Virus record (IMG/VR): IMGVR_UViG_3300017719_000004
Location: 18,644-82,643 of that record
Origin: a virus
Lineage: Duplodnaviria > Caudoviricetes
Direction: 5' to 3' (one strand)
DNA length: 64,000 nucleotides
Part shown: positions 8,837 through 17,731 of the stretch, piece after piece
How positions within the stretch are numbered: position 1 is the stretch's first letter
How the letters are laid out: each line of letters opens with the position of its first letter
Notes under the pieces: model-generated
What the model was told of the DNA's origin: nothing
Database searches by the model: none
Seen by the model: the letters and a program-made list of their open reading frames with translations, nothing else
Position numbers and translations under genes: made by a program

Positions 8837-10301
8837 GCTTTTCCCTCAGGTTGATAGTTACCATATCATAATTAAATTTTTCTTCTTTGTAAATTTTAAT
8901 TCTTTCAATGAGATGGTTTAATGTGTAATTTCTTTTGGAACGAAAAGTACAATCATCAGCAATATCATAAAGTGTTGCGCTAAATTTGTTAGTGCCTTTT
9001 CTAAGAACTCTACCAATCGATTGTAAATTTCTAATTCTTGATTTAGATGGAGATGCAAATATTACATTATGTAGATTTTTAATATTAATTCCAGTAGAAA
9101 AAGTTCCGTAAGAAGCAACAATGATTGAGTTGGTTTCAGTTTCAATAATGGAACGGGCTAGTTCTCTATCCTCAACATCTACTCCACCATGGATAAAGAA
9201 GACTTTCCGATTTTCTTCTATGTTTTTATTTATCATATCAAAAAGAACCCTTCCATGATCCTCAACTCTTGCAAAGAGTACTAGAGTATTTCCTTTTAAG
9301 TCTAAGCTTAAATTTTTAATAAATTTATTTCTTTTGTCGTGAGAAATTAAGTAATCAATTTCTTCTAAGTATGAATCAAATACTCTCTCATCATGTTTTA
9401 ACAAAAGAATCTTAGCATTTAGTTTTGCCAGATACCCTTTGTTCATTAGTTCCTCGGTACGAACTAACTTGTAAGATGGTCCAAACAATCCCTCTAGCAC
9501 CCACTTATGAGTTTGTGTTCCGTCTAGTGTGCCAGTAAAACCAAAACGATATTTTGCTTGATGTAACTTAGTCATGATATTAGTAAGAGACTTTGCCTTA
9601 AACAAATGAGCCTCATCGCCAATCACGACATTGAATCGTTCAAAATAACTTTTCTCCAACTTATAGATAGATTGCCAGGTTGTTATTACGACAGGTGATT
9701 TTGCCTCTCGTTCCTTACCTGCATAAATTTTTTGACAATATGAAGAAGCATCCCATCCATACTCCTCAAAGTCCTTATGCATCTGCTCTACCAGAGATGT
9801 CGTTGGAACAACTAGGAGGATATTTTGTTTGCGCTCTGTATAGTACCTCACGATTGAGTAAATCATCAAAGATTTGCCGGAGGCTGTTGGGCTTATCACT
9901 AACCTTCTATTGTGTCTTAGAGCATCGTATACTCCCTCTACTTGATAGTCACGAGGTTGACGATTACAAATAGTCAGCATATAATCTTTGATTCCTTCTT
10001 TAGAGATAAATTCATTCTCTTCGTAAGGTGTACCATAGAATTTATTATCGCAAAATTCATATTCATATCCTTGTCTTTTACAAAAGGATACCAACTTATC
10101 TAATAATCCAACATACAACTCTCTAGTATGTGTTGAGAATAATCTAATTTTTCCATCCCAGTATCTTTTACGATACTGATTCATGTACTTAGCACCTTCA
10201 ATATCAAATGAAAAGTGATCAGATAATTCTTGATATACATGAGGCTCAGATTCAATCTTTAAAAAGACTTCATTCTTCTTGGACACGACTAACTTAGTCA
10301 T
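8826..10301 (-). CDS. uvsW: UvsW SF2 DNA/RNA-DNA helicase
   Basis: SPTASGKS, DEAH, TGT, QSIGRVLR; probable start MTKLVV at 10301. Confidence 0.96.
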   Translation of the reverse strand: MTKLVVSKKNEVFLKIESEPHVYQELSDHFSFDIEGAKYMNQYRKRYWDGKIRLFSTHTRELYVGLLDKLVSFCKRQGYEYEFCDNKFYGTPYEENEFISKEGIKDYMLTICNRQPRDYQVEGVYDALRHNRRLVISPTASGKSLMIYSIVRYYTERKQNILLVVPTTSLVEQMHKDFEEYGWDASSYCQKIYAGKEREAKSPVVITTWQSIYKLEKSYFERFNVVIGDEAHLFKAKSLTNIMTKLHQAKYRFGFTGTLDGTQTHKWVLEGLFGPSYKLVRTEELMNKGYLAKLNAKILLLKHDERVFDSYLEEIDYLISHDKRNKFIKNLSLDLKGNTLVLFARVEDHGRVLFDMINKNIEENRKVFFIHGGVDVEDRELARSIIETETNSIIVASYGTFSTGINIKNLHNVIFASPSKSRIRNLQSIGRVLRKGTNKFSATLYDIADDCTFRSKRNYTLNHLIERIKIYKEEKFNYDMVTINLREKHER

Positions 10302-10303
10302 CG

Positions 10304-10729
10304 TTACCCCGCACGAAAATTGTGCCAATCGATAATATTTTTAATCAGATATCCCCTGTTGCTTACCTGTTTGATAATATCTTCCAGGTATGTCAACATG
10401 ACATCGTAGTATTTAATTTTTAAAGATGCTGTCTGAACTTTTTCATCAGCTAGCATATATCTTTGTACTGCATCTTTCTCCCTAACTTTGTAAGGAAAAG
10501 GATCGGTCTCATAAACCTTGGGATCTGATTTACCCGTATAATACAAGTGTCTTTCTAACTTAATCTTATTCTCTAAAGTTGTTGCTCTTTCTCTTAACAA
10601 CTTTATATTGTTGTAGATATCAAAATATTTTGCATGAAGAGATGGAATCTTCGCTGCCTCATCATGTAAGTTGTCTTGATCAATCTGTGAGTCTTTCTCC
10701 CACATACTTTGTATAGTCTCAAGATCCAT
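10304..10729 (-). CDS. uvsY: UvsY recombination mediator
   Basis: KDSQID...IPSLHAKY...RGYLIKNIIDW; next to uvsW. Confidence 0.93.
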   Translation of the reverse strand: MDLETIQSMWEKDSQIDQDNLHDEAAKIPSLHAKYFDIYNNIKLLRERATTLENKIKLERHLYYTGKSDPKVYETDPFPYKVREKDAVQRYMLADEKVQTASLKIKYYDVMLTYLEDIIKQVSNRGYLIKNIIDWHNFRAG

Positions 10730-10732
10730 AAG

Positions 10733-11263
10733 TTAAGTCGCAGCTTCAATAGTGTAGAACAGATACTTAAATGTCACTGTTGCTGTAAAGTATGTATAAT
10801 CAGTTTCGGTGGCAGTAAATTCGAGAGAACTCAGTGATACTGGGAACAAATCTCTAAATTTAACCCTAGCACTTACATTGAAATTGCTATTTAAAATAGC
10901 TAGAGTTCCATCACTAAACTGCTCTTTAGTATCTTTAGACCCGTCTGCAGCTGTAATTAAAGTCTTAAAGTCATCCACACTCTCAGGATATCCAAGACCA
11001 TAGATCCAGTTATGAATTTCTAGATAATTTTCTAAATCTTCATCTACAATAAACTGTAGAGTGAGATCTTCAAATTGAATATTGTCACCAGGAAGGTCAA
11101 TAGACTTCAAGTAGTTTCCAACCTTTACATTTCCTAATTGGATACCAGGAATCTTTGCACTGTTAGAAAAGAAATCTACTTTGGGAGTTTTTACAATATT
11201 GAATTTAAATCCCGTAGGAGACAGATAATTTTTGTTTTCTATCTGCTTGCCGAGGAAGGACAT
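10733..11263 (-). CDS. gp3: tail completion / tube terminator gp3
   Basis: NYLSPTGFKF...FIVDEDLENYLEIHNW; synteny; late promoter CTAAATA at 11273-11279. Confidence 0.88.
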   Translation of the reverse strand: MSFLGKQIENKNYLSPTGFKFNIVKTPKVDFFSNSAKIPGIQLGNVKVGNYLKSIDLPGDNIQFEDLTLQFIVDEDLENYLEIHNWIYGLGYPESVDDFKTLITAADGSKDTKEQFSDGTLAILNSNFNVSARVKFRDLFPVSLSSLEFTATETDYTYFTATVTFKYLFYTIEAAT

Positions 11264-11281
11264 TTTTATTTTTATTTAGAC

Positions 11282-11307
11282 AAAAAAAGAGACCCTTTCG
11301 GGTCTCT
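11282..11307 (-). terminator. intrinsic terminator
   Basis: AGAGACCC-GAAA-GGGTCTCT followed by a T-run on the minus strand. Confidence 0.9.
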
Positions 11308-11336
11308 CACTTCCTTCACACGGAATCTCTATTCTA

Positions 11337-11513
11337 TCATAAAAGCACCTCTTTGCATATCCTCTTACATTCCGGCGCACTTAACGAATCGCATTCTATC
11401 AAACATTCATAATAGTCATTCTCCCTTTGTTGCTGCTCTACAGCAAAGTCATCAGCAGTCTGTTCAAAATTTCTCCACTCATCTAATTGAGCTCGAGACA
11501 GTAAGTTATGCAT
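11337..11513 (-). CDS. 58-aa twin CX3C protein (not in ORF track)
   Basis: MHNLLSRAQLDEWRNFEQTADDFAVEQQQRENDYYECLIECDSLSAPECKRICKEVLL; RBS AAGGTGG; own promoter (CTAAATA 11583-11589) and own terminator. Confidence 0.85.
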   Translation of the reverse strand: MHNLLSRAQLDEWRNFEQTADDFAVEQQQRENDYYECLIECDSLSAPECKRICKEVLL

Positions 11514-11629
11514 TTGTCCACCTTAAGTTTAGAAATATAATATAAAGGGTTTTCAGATCATGGTAGTATCTAATTCTATTACTATTTAGTCAGCGTATGC
11601 TAACTTAATGAAGTAAACTAAAAATTCAT

Positions 11630-11655
11630 AAAAAAAAGGACCTCCGAAGAGGTCC
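11630..11655 (-). terminator. intrinsic terminator after gp23
   Basis: GGACCTC-TTCG-GAGGTCC (cUUCGg loop) followed by T8. Confidence 0.93.
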
Positions 11656-11680
11656 CAGTGTTAAGTATGTGAGATATAAA

Positions 11681-13126
11681 TCACATGAGGTTCTTAACAA
11701 CAGTACGCTGATAGTAGCGGTTGCTGTTAGAGGTGATGCGACCCAAACCTTGAGCGGTGCCTTCAGCGAAGGGGTTGGAGACAAGACCGTAGCGGGTCTT
11801 GAAGCCAATTTTGGGCTGGAAGCTGTTCTCACCAACGGCGCGAACCATTTGGAGGGGAACATAAGGACAGTAGAAGAGACCAGCGTCATAAGGGCTAGTA
11901 CCCTTATAGCCAACAACATAGTACTGATTAGCAGCAGAGTTAGCAGCGAAGGGGTCGATGTAGACTCTGTACTTACCGTTGATAGTACCAGCGAAGGTGT
12001 TGCCGGTGTCGTCAACCTGAAGGTTAGCGTTAAGGGCAGGGGTGTAATCAAGTACACCAGCCATCGTCAGAGCGGAAGCAACATCAGCAGATGTCATGAT
12101 GATGTTACCCTTCCCTCTACGAGTTCTTTGGGCGATTCTGTTAGCATCTCTTTCGATGTTAAACAGAAGACCTTTGAACTTCTCAACAGACCAGCGACCG
12201 TTGGAGTCAACATCGAGGTCGAAGAAACCAGCGTTGGCAACATTTGCCTGTGAACCAGCTTCAGCAGTTTTGTAGATGGTACGAATAACTTCGCGGTTGA
12301 TTTCAGCAAGGATTTCGCTAGACAGGATGTTAGCGAGTTCTGCTTCAGCGTTAAGACCGTGGATAGCACGAAGGTCTTGTGCCAATTCCATGCTGTACTC
12401 TGCTTTCAGAGCACGGGACTTAGCGGTAACAGTGACTTTCTCGATCGAGAATGCCATCTCGTTGAAGTCGCCATTGCTGCCGTCTCCGAGTGCCTCAGAG
12501 TCGCCAGTAGCCATACCTTGACCCAGTGAATACTGAGATTGTACAGCGTCGGAAGCAGTGCCTTCGAGGATTGCGGGGTTAGTACCACGCTGAACGCCAG
12601 TAGAACCGAAACCAACAGTACCGTCGTCATCAACAGCAGAGGTGTAATCACCTTGTGTTGCCTGACCGATGTTTGTACCTGCCTTGTTGGCAGAGAATGC
12701 GGAATCTGGCTCGTCGAAGAACGACTCAGTACCAGCCTGATTGGTGTAGCGTGAACGCATTGCGAAGATCAGTCCTGTAGGACCGTTCATCGGCTGAACG
12801 CCAGCGAGTTCATAAGCAACCAGATTCGGCATCGAGCGGCGAATCAGGCTGATCAGAACGGGATCGAAACCGGCGGTAGGACCAGCAGCAGCAGAACCGC
12901 CACTGAAAGCACCAGAAGCACCTACAGCGTTGCCGCTGTTAGTAGGAGCAGCTTCTGAGAGCATACCATTGCCGCTTTCAAAAGCAGATTGCTCTTTGAG
13001 GAAACGCTCTTGGTTCTCAAGGAGAACAGCAGTTGTAGAACGACGGTGCGCGTCCTTAATAGGATCAACGCCTTCGGCGTCGAGAAGTGGACCCCACTTC
13101 TCCATTAATGATTCTTGATTGTACAT
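11681..13126 (-). CDS. gp23: major capsid protein gp23
   Basis: FDPVLISLIRRSMPNL, GVQPMNGPTGLIFAMRSRY, KSRALKAEYS, FQPKIGFKTRYG. Confidence 0.99.
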   Translation of the reverse strand: MYNQESLMEKWGPLLDAEGVDPIKDAHRRSTTAVLLENQERFLKEQSAFESGNGMLSEAAPTNSGNAVGASGAFSGGSAAAGPTAGFDPVLISLIRRSMPNLVAYELAGVQPMNGPTGLIFAMRSRYTNQAGTESFFDEPDSAFSANKAGTNIGQATQGDYTSAVDDDGTVGFGSTGVQRGTNPAILEGTASDAVQSQYSLGQGMATGDSEALGDGSNGDFNEMAFSIEKVTVTAKSRALKAEYSMELAQDLRAIHGLNAEAELANILSSEILAEINREVIRTIYKTAEAGSQANVANAGFFDLDVDSNGRWSVEKFKGLLFNIERDANRIAQRTRRGKGNIIMTSADVASALTMAGVLDYTPALNANLQVDDTGNTFAGTINGKYRVYIDPFAANSAANQYYVVGYKGTSPYDAGLFYCPYVPLQMVRAVGENSFQPKIGFKTRYGLVSNPFAEGTAQGLGRITSNSNRYYQRTVVKNLM

Positions 13127-13156
13127 TAGATTTAGTGTTTAAATTTGCGGAGTTTT

Positions 13157-14203
13157 TTACTTCATCCCAAGGGCTTTCAAATACTGGGTCATTGAAGCAG
13201 ATGCCTCAACACCAGTCTCTGAGGTCACGCCCTCAGACAGTGTTTCCACTTTGTTAGAAACTGACTTTTGCTCACCGGGAAAATACGATTCCTTCAGTGT
13301 AACCAGCTTCTCACGATAAGATTCTTCACCCTCAAACTCAACACCTTCAGACAATGCGATTAGTTTCTCTCTTTGTGTTACAGCAAGACCCTCGGTTACT
13401 TCACGGAAAATTCCATCAGCTGTAGATTCGCCAAGGCGCTTGTTAAGAGAAATGTTAGCTTCGATCTGTTCGTTAAGTCTGCCTTCCATTTCATCAAGTT
13501 TGGAGACCATACTCTCCAAGACATCATATTTCTCATCAGGGATGTGTACATAATGATCTTCAAATAGACCTCTCATTCCTTGCAGGAACGATTCGGTCAT
13601 TTCGGTCTTGAGACCGTGCTCAACTTCAATCTTGTTCTCGGAGATCCACTCTTCAGAAACATACTCAAGGTATGCATCGACGCGCTCTACGAGTTCTGAC
13701 TTAACAGACTCAAGATGTTCGGTAAGTTGCTCTTCGTATTGTGCAGCCATCTCTTCTTGGACTTCGGTTACTTTAGCAGTAACTACAGCCTCAAAGATTG
13801 TGCGGGCTTTTAATTGAAACTCTTCGGAAAGTTCTTCGCCGCCAAAAAGGGCAGAAAGATCTTCTTCAATATCAACAGAAGGAGTTGCCTCCTCTTGCGT
13901 GGACTCATCTTCAGCTACAACTTCTTGCTCGCCTTCTACTTCGACGGTATCGCCAGCAGAAAGACTTTGCATTGGTTCGGCAGCTTTAGCGCCACGATTT
14001 ACGACATCTTTAACAGTTTTAACTTTGGGTTCTGCGAGTTTCGCTGAATCATCGTCGGCTTTGTAGTTCTCGGGGGTAGGCCCACCAAGATCTTGTACAG
14101 CAGCCAAACCAGTTCCAGGATCAGAAAGCTTAGGCATAGCCTCAGCTCCTTTCGCACCCCTTGTTACGGGATTTTCCATTTCTTGTAATTCCTTAGCGGA
14201 CAT
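13157..14203 (-). CDS. gp22: prohead core scaffold gp22
   Basis: Acidic coiled coil, ELSEEF...ARTIFEA, VDAYLEYV; late promoter TATAAATA at 14249-14256. Confidence 0.93.
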   Translation of the reverse strand: MSAKELQEMENPVTRGAKGAEAMPKLSDPGTGLAAVQDLGGPTPENYKADDDSAKLAEPKVKTVKDVVNRGAKAAEPMQSLSAGDTVEVEGEQEVVAEDESTQEEATPSVDIEEDLSALFGGEELSEEFQLKARTIFEAVVTAKVTEVQEEMAAQYEEQLTEHLESVKSELVERVDAYLEYVSEEWISENKIEVEHGLKTEMTESFLQGMRGLFEDHYVHIPDEKYDVLESMVSKLDEMEGRLNEQIEANISLNKRLGESTADGIFREVTEGLAVTQREKLIALSEGVEFEGEESYREKLVTLKESYFPGEQKSVSNKVETLSEGVTSETGVEASASMTQYLKALGMK

Positions 14204-14258
14204 TGGTGAACTCTCCGATTAGATCGTTATCTAGATATAATCTATATTTATTTATAAA

Positions 14259-14909
14259 TTAGAGACTTGACAGGAACTTGTTGAATAATGCCAACTTGTT
14301 CTCCTGCAATGCTCTTTCATCAACTAGGGTATTAATTTGCTTGTATGTCTTCTCCACGAGTTTTTCGCGGACAATACTACCATCCATTACCCAGTCTTTT
14401 CCTTCCATGATTCCCGATACAAATGCATCAGGTGCGGAGGGGTCTGCTACAATATCAGCAGCAGTTGCAAGCATAAAATCGTTAGAAACGATCTTAATAC
14501 CATTCTCATTTACCGCTAAAGTTCCAAGACCACGGGAAGAAACTCCCAACTTGACACCTTCATCAATAAGATTTTGTGCAATCTTACCCATGGGGGTGTT
14601 GAGAATTTTAGCTTTACCTACAAAATTAGTTCCCTCTTCTCTGAGAGATGTAATTTTATGAGATACGCGATCCAGGTTGAGGGTAGGTCCTTCAGGATGT
14701 CCAAGTTCTCCAAGAGCTCTGCCTTTACCGACAAAACTTTCGTTGTAACGACTGACTTCCCTACGGAGAGTATCCATAGGATACATCCGACCATTGCGGT
14801 TCTGGATGTCACCCTGTAGGAAAACTCCCTCAATATACATTGATTTCACGCCTTTGCGTTCTTCAACGATAACTTCAACCTGTTCGATTTCTTCCGTGAT
14901 AAGTTTCAT
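14259..14909 (-). CDS. gp21: prohead protease gp21
   Basis: NRNGRMYP, GELGHP, GVSSRGLG, DIVADPSAPDA. Confidence 0.97.
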   Translation of the reverse strand: MKLITEEIEQVEVIVEERKGVKSMYIEGVFLQGDIQNRNGRMYPMDTLRREVSRYNESFVGKGRALGELGHPEGPTLNLDRVSHKITSLREEGTNFVGKAKILNTPMGKIAQNLIDEGVKLGVSSRGLGTLAVNENGIKIVSNDFMLATAADIVADPSAPDAFVSGIMEGKDWVMDGSIVREKLVEKTYKQINTLVDERALQENKLALFNKFLSSL

Positions 14910-14914
14910 TGTTT

Positions 14915-15184
14915 TTATGCGGTAAATCCTACTTTTGCACCTTTTACTGTTGTGGCACTAGCAAACACACATTGCGTTGGTTGTTTTTCCAAAAATTCAA
15001 CCGAACCTGCTGCCATCGTCATAGAACCAATAGCAGTTCCACTTTGAGTTTCAACAAGACTTACGACTGCCGTAGCTGCTGCAGTATTTACTAAACGAAC
15101 AACTGTTGCTTGAGTAAAACTAGTTGCGGCACCAGTTGTTGTCGGACAAGCAATTTCTGCTCCCTTTAATAAGGTTCTTGCCAT
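14915..15184 (-). CDS. small virion-associated hypothetical protein
   Basis: 89-aa Ala/Thr-rich ORF in the head operon. Confidence 0.7.
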   Translation of the reverse strand: MARTLLKGAEIACPTTTGAATSFTQATVVRLVNTAAATAVVSLVETQSGTAIGSMTMAAGSVEFLEKQPTQCVFASATTVKGAKVGFTA

Positions 15185-15354
15185 TATTCTTGGTCCTCGG
15201 TTTCTTGAGATGGTTCACCAAATAAATTAGCTGCAGATGGTTGACGCAAAGCGTCTACTTTAGAGGCAGCTTTTTGGTAAAGGAGATCTTTAATTTGGTC
15301 ACTAATATTCACAGCAGACGAATCCGTCGCAATCATATTTACTAGTTCTTCCAT
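15184..15354 (-). CDS. 56-aa prohead core-like protein in the gp67 position (not in ORF track)
   Basis: MEELVNMIATDSSAVNISDQIKDLLYQKAASKVDALRQPSAANLFGEPSQETEDQE; TAATG overlap with the next gene; late promoter ATAAATA just upstream. Confidence 0.8.
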   Translation of the reverse strand: MEELVNMIATDSSAVNISDQIKDLLYQKAASKVDALRQPSAANLFGEPSQETEDQE

Positions 15355-15383
15355 GGATATAAGTCAGATATATAACTTATTTA

Positions 15384-17039
15384 TCAGATTTCCCCTTCTG
15401 ATGCTTTTGGTAATTGGGGTTGCGGAGATTGACCTGGCAATGCATTAGGGTCTTCTTGTCCCTGTAGCATTGGGTCTCCTGCTTCCATCTCAAGCATTTG
15501 TTGATTTGGATCTGGGAGAACTCCAGACGCAATTTCTTCTTCAATTTGTTGATCAATCTCAACAATTTCTTGATCTCTTTGGCGCAGAACTTGACGCCGA
15601 ATATACTCGGTAGAGTAATAGCGTCCTGCATAAGGTTCAATCATTGCAAGAAGTCCTAAACGACCTTCAAGTAATTCTTTATCTTTAAGCTCTGCAAAGT
15701 GATTATCATATAAGAAGTCAAACTGAATGTGCTCAGACATCACTTCCCAATCTGAGGGAGTAACAACATTCTTAAGGAGTAGTTGTGTCTTGAGCATATC
15801 CATAAACATTGCACTAAAACGCTTACGGAGACGACCAACAAACTTAGAGAACTTTAGTTCATCTCTTAAAATTTCAGAAGAACGACCGAGATTGAAACCA
15901 TCACCAGAACCAGCGATTCTAGATTCAGGCACACCTAAAGATCTATAGAGTTTGGATTGGAAGTATTCAATATCAGCAAGTTCGCCAAGATTTTGACCAC
16001 CAGGAAGTGTGGTAATTTCTGTGCCACGACCACCCTCACGGCGAGGAAGCCAGAAGTCTTCCAGCATACTCATCATTTTTTTGTCGTCACGAATCTCACC
16101 GCTGTTGGAATCATACACCAACTTATTACGGTAGCGCATCATTACTTCACGAAGGTATTGCTCTGCTTTTACCTTAGGAAGATTGCCAACATCAATGTAG
16201 AAAATACGGCGCTCTGGTGCGCGTGACAATCTATAGATGACAAGAGAATCTTCAATCATTCTAAGTTGATTGAGAGACTTGATTGCCTTGTGAAGATATG
16301 AAAGACCTGATCCTTTATTTCTATCTACAAGACCAGAAGTGCAATATGTAATAGCATCTTTTGAAATCTTAATTCCCTTCATAGCAGTGCTACCACCAGG
16401 GGAAGCAATGTTTGTTGGGTATTGGGGTTTGGGAGTATACATGAAATACTCCTCAATTTCTGGGAAGTATACTTTTTGTTCTTCTCTTACACCACCGCTA
16501 TTGAAAATATCATTCCGATCATCTTTTTTCTTTTCTTTACGCACATAGCGCATTTTGAGAGGGTCAATATATCTAAGCTCTTGAATACCTTCTTTTGGAT
16601 TTTGAATGTCAATTACTTTATTGTAGTATAGTCTACCATCGACATACCAATTTCTAAAAATCTCATGAGACTTGAGATCAAAGTCTAAAAGATCTTTAAT
16701 GTGCTTAAATTCTTTGCGGATGATATTTTTAATACCATCACTCGCATTAAGATTTTCTAGATCAATCTCTACTGGAGAATCATTTTGATCCGAAACAATA
16801 GCTTCATTTACAACATCTTCGATCGCATTATCCACCTCTGGGTGGAGAGACATCTCTCTATATCTTCTGATCAGTTCATGCTCTGATTTGTAGATACCTT
16901 CAATATCTACAACTTGACTAGAAAAACCCCCTTGGATATAGTAATCAGCCCCACCCTCACCTGTAGTGGGAATGGGACTGACTACACCCTTGGGGGTCTT
17001 TTCATTATCTTCAATAGAAAATCCGAAGAGTTTCGACAT
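15384..17039 (-). CDS. gp20: portal vertex protein gp20
   Basis: YRLSRAPERRIFYIDVGNLPK, EDFWLPRREGGRGTEITTLPGGQ. Confidence 0.99.
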   Translation of the reverse strand: MSKLFGFSIEDNEKTPKGVVSPIPTTGEGGADYYIQGGFSSQVVDIEGIYKSEHELIRRYREMSLHPEVDNAIEDVVNEAIVSDQNDSPVEIDLENLNASDGIKNIIRKEFKHIKDLLDFDLKSHEIFRNWYVDGRLYYNKVIDIQNPKEGIQELRYIDPLKMRYVRKEKKKDDRNDIFNSGGVREEQKVYFPEIEEYFMYTPKPQYPTNIASPGGSTAMKGIKISKDAITYCTSGLVDRNKGSGLSYLHKAIKSLNQLRMIEDSLVIYRLSRAPERRIFYIDVGNLPKVKAEQYLREVMMRYRNKLVYDSNSGEIRDDKKMMSMLEDFWLPRREGGRGTEITTLPGGQNLGELADIEYFQSKLYRSLGVPESRIAGSGDGFNLGRSSEILRDELKFSKFVGRLRKRFSAMFMDMLKTQLLLKNVVTPSDWEVMSEHIQFDFLYDNHFAELKDKELLEGRLGLLAMIEPYAGRYYSTEYIRRQVLRQRDQEIVEIDQQIEEEIASGVLPDPNQQMLEMEAGDPMLQGQEDPNALPGQSPQPQLPKASEGEI

Positions 17040-17075
17040 TTTAAATATTTTGTCTTTGATATCAAAGACTATTTA

Positions 17076-17696
17076 TCAAGCGACATCTCCACCATTTCCG
17101 GCAGATTCCCACCACTGTACTTGAAGAGTAACTGTGAACTCTTCAACAGCGTCTGCAGAATCGTAAGATAGGTCTAACTGTGAGATGTTAGTTGGGAAGA
17201 CACTATAGAATTTATAGGTTCTAAGAACGGGAAGATTTTGATCCGATTCCTGAGAATTAGGTGCAACCGCAGATCTGCCTAATTGATAAACATATGCATC
17301 TTTGGTGTAGCTTTCAGGATTAGTAGTACCCGAATTATCAGATACTTTCGACATAGAATTCATCCATCTCTCAAAAGAAGAGCGGATTGCAAAGTCCGTG
17401 TCGTTAATAACTGTAATAGTCCATTCGTCAAAGGTTCTGTCACCAGCGATCTTAAGAGTACGACCTCTAAAAGGAACACTAATTGGTGCAATGTTTGACG
17501 CGGGAAGAGCAGCTGCCTTCACAAGAAATCTTGCTTTTGCATCAAGATCATTTACTGAGGAATCTACTACTCCATCTGGAAATGCCAAGACCACCTCAAA
17601 GAGGTTAGGTCTTGCAATACCACCAGACAGTCTTGACTTAAACTTGTCAATTGTCCTGTCTGAAGTCTTTGGGGGATTTTGTTGGTTGATAGCCAT
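17076..17696 (-). CDS. gp19: tail tube protein gp19
   Basis: ARPNLFEV, FRGRTLKIAGDRTFDEWTITVIND. Confidence 0.97.
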   Translation of the reverse strand: MAINQQNPPKTSDRTIDKFKSRLSGGIARPNLFEVVLAFPDGVVDSSVNDLDAKARFLVKAAALPASNIAPISVPFRGRTLKIAGDRTFDEWTITVINDTDFAIRSSFERWMNSMSKVSDNSGTTNPESYTKDAYVYQLGRSAVAPNSQESDQNLPVLRTYKFYSVFPTNISQLDLSYDSADAVEEFTVTLQVQWWESAGNGGDVA

Positions 17697-17731
17697 TGTT
17701 TGGGTTCTCCTATGAGTTTAGTATAAGGCGA

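Noticed and set aside
11138-11545. 135-aa + strand ORF
   Set aside because: It crosses a terminator and is antisense to gp3 and to the better-supported 58-aa gene.
11626-12754. Alternative-frame and antisense ORFs over gp23 (143, 194, 91, 81 aa)
   Set aside because: Expected shadows of strong codon bias; no RBS, promoter or recognisable motifs.
15377-15640. 87-aa alternative-frame ORF at the gp20 3' end
   Set aside because: It lies almost wholly within gp20 with no independent initiation signals.
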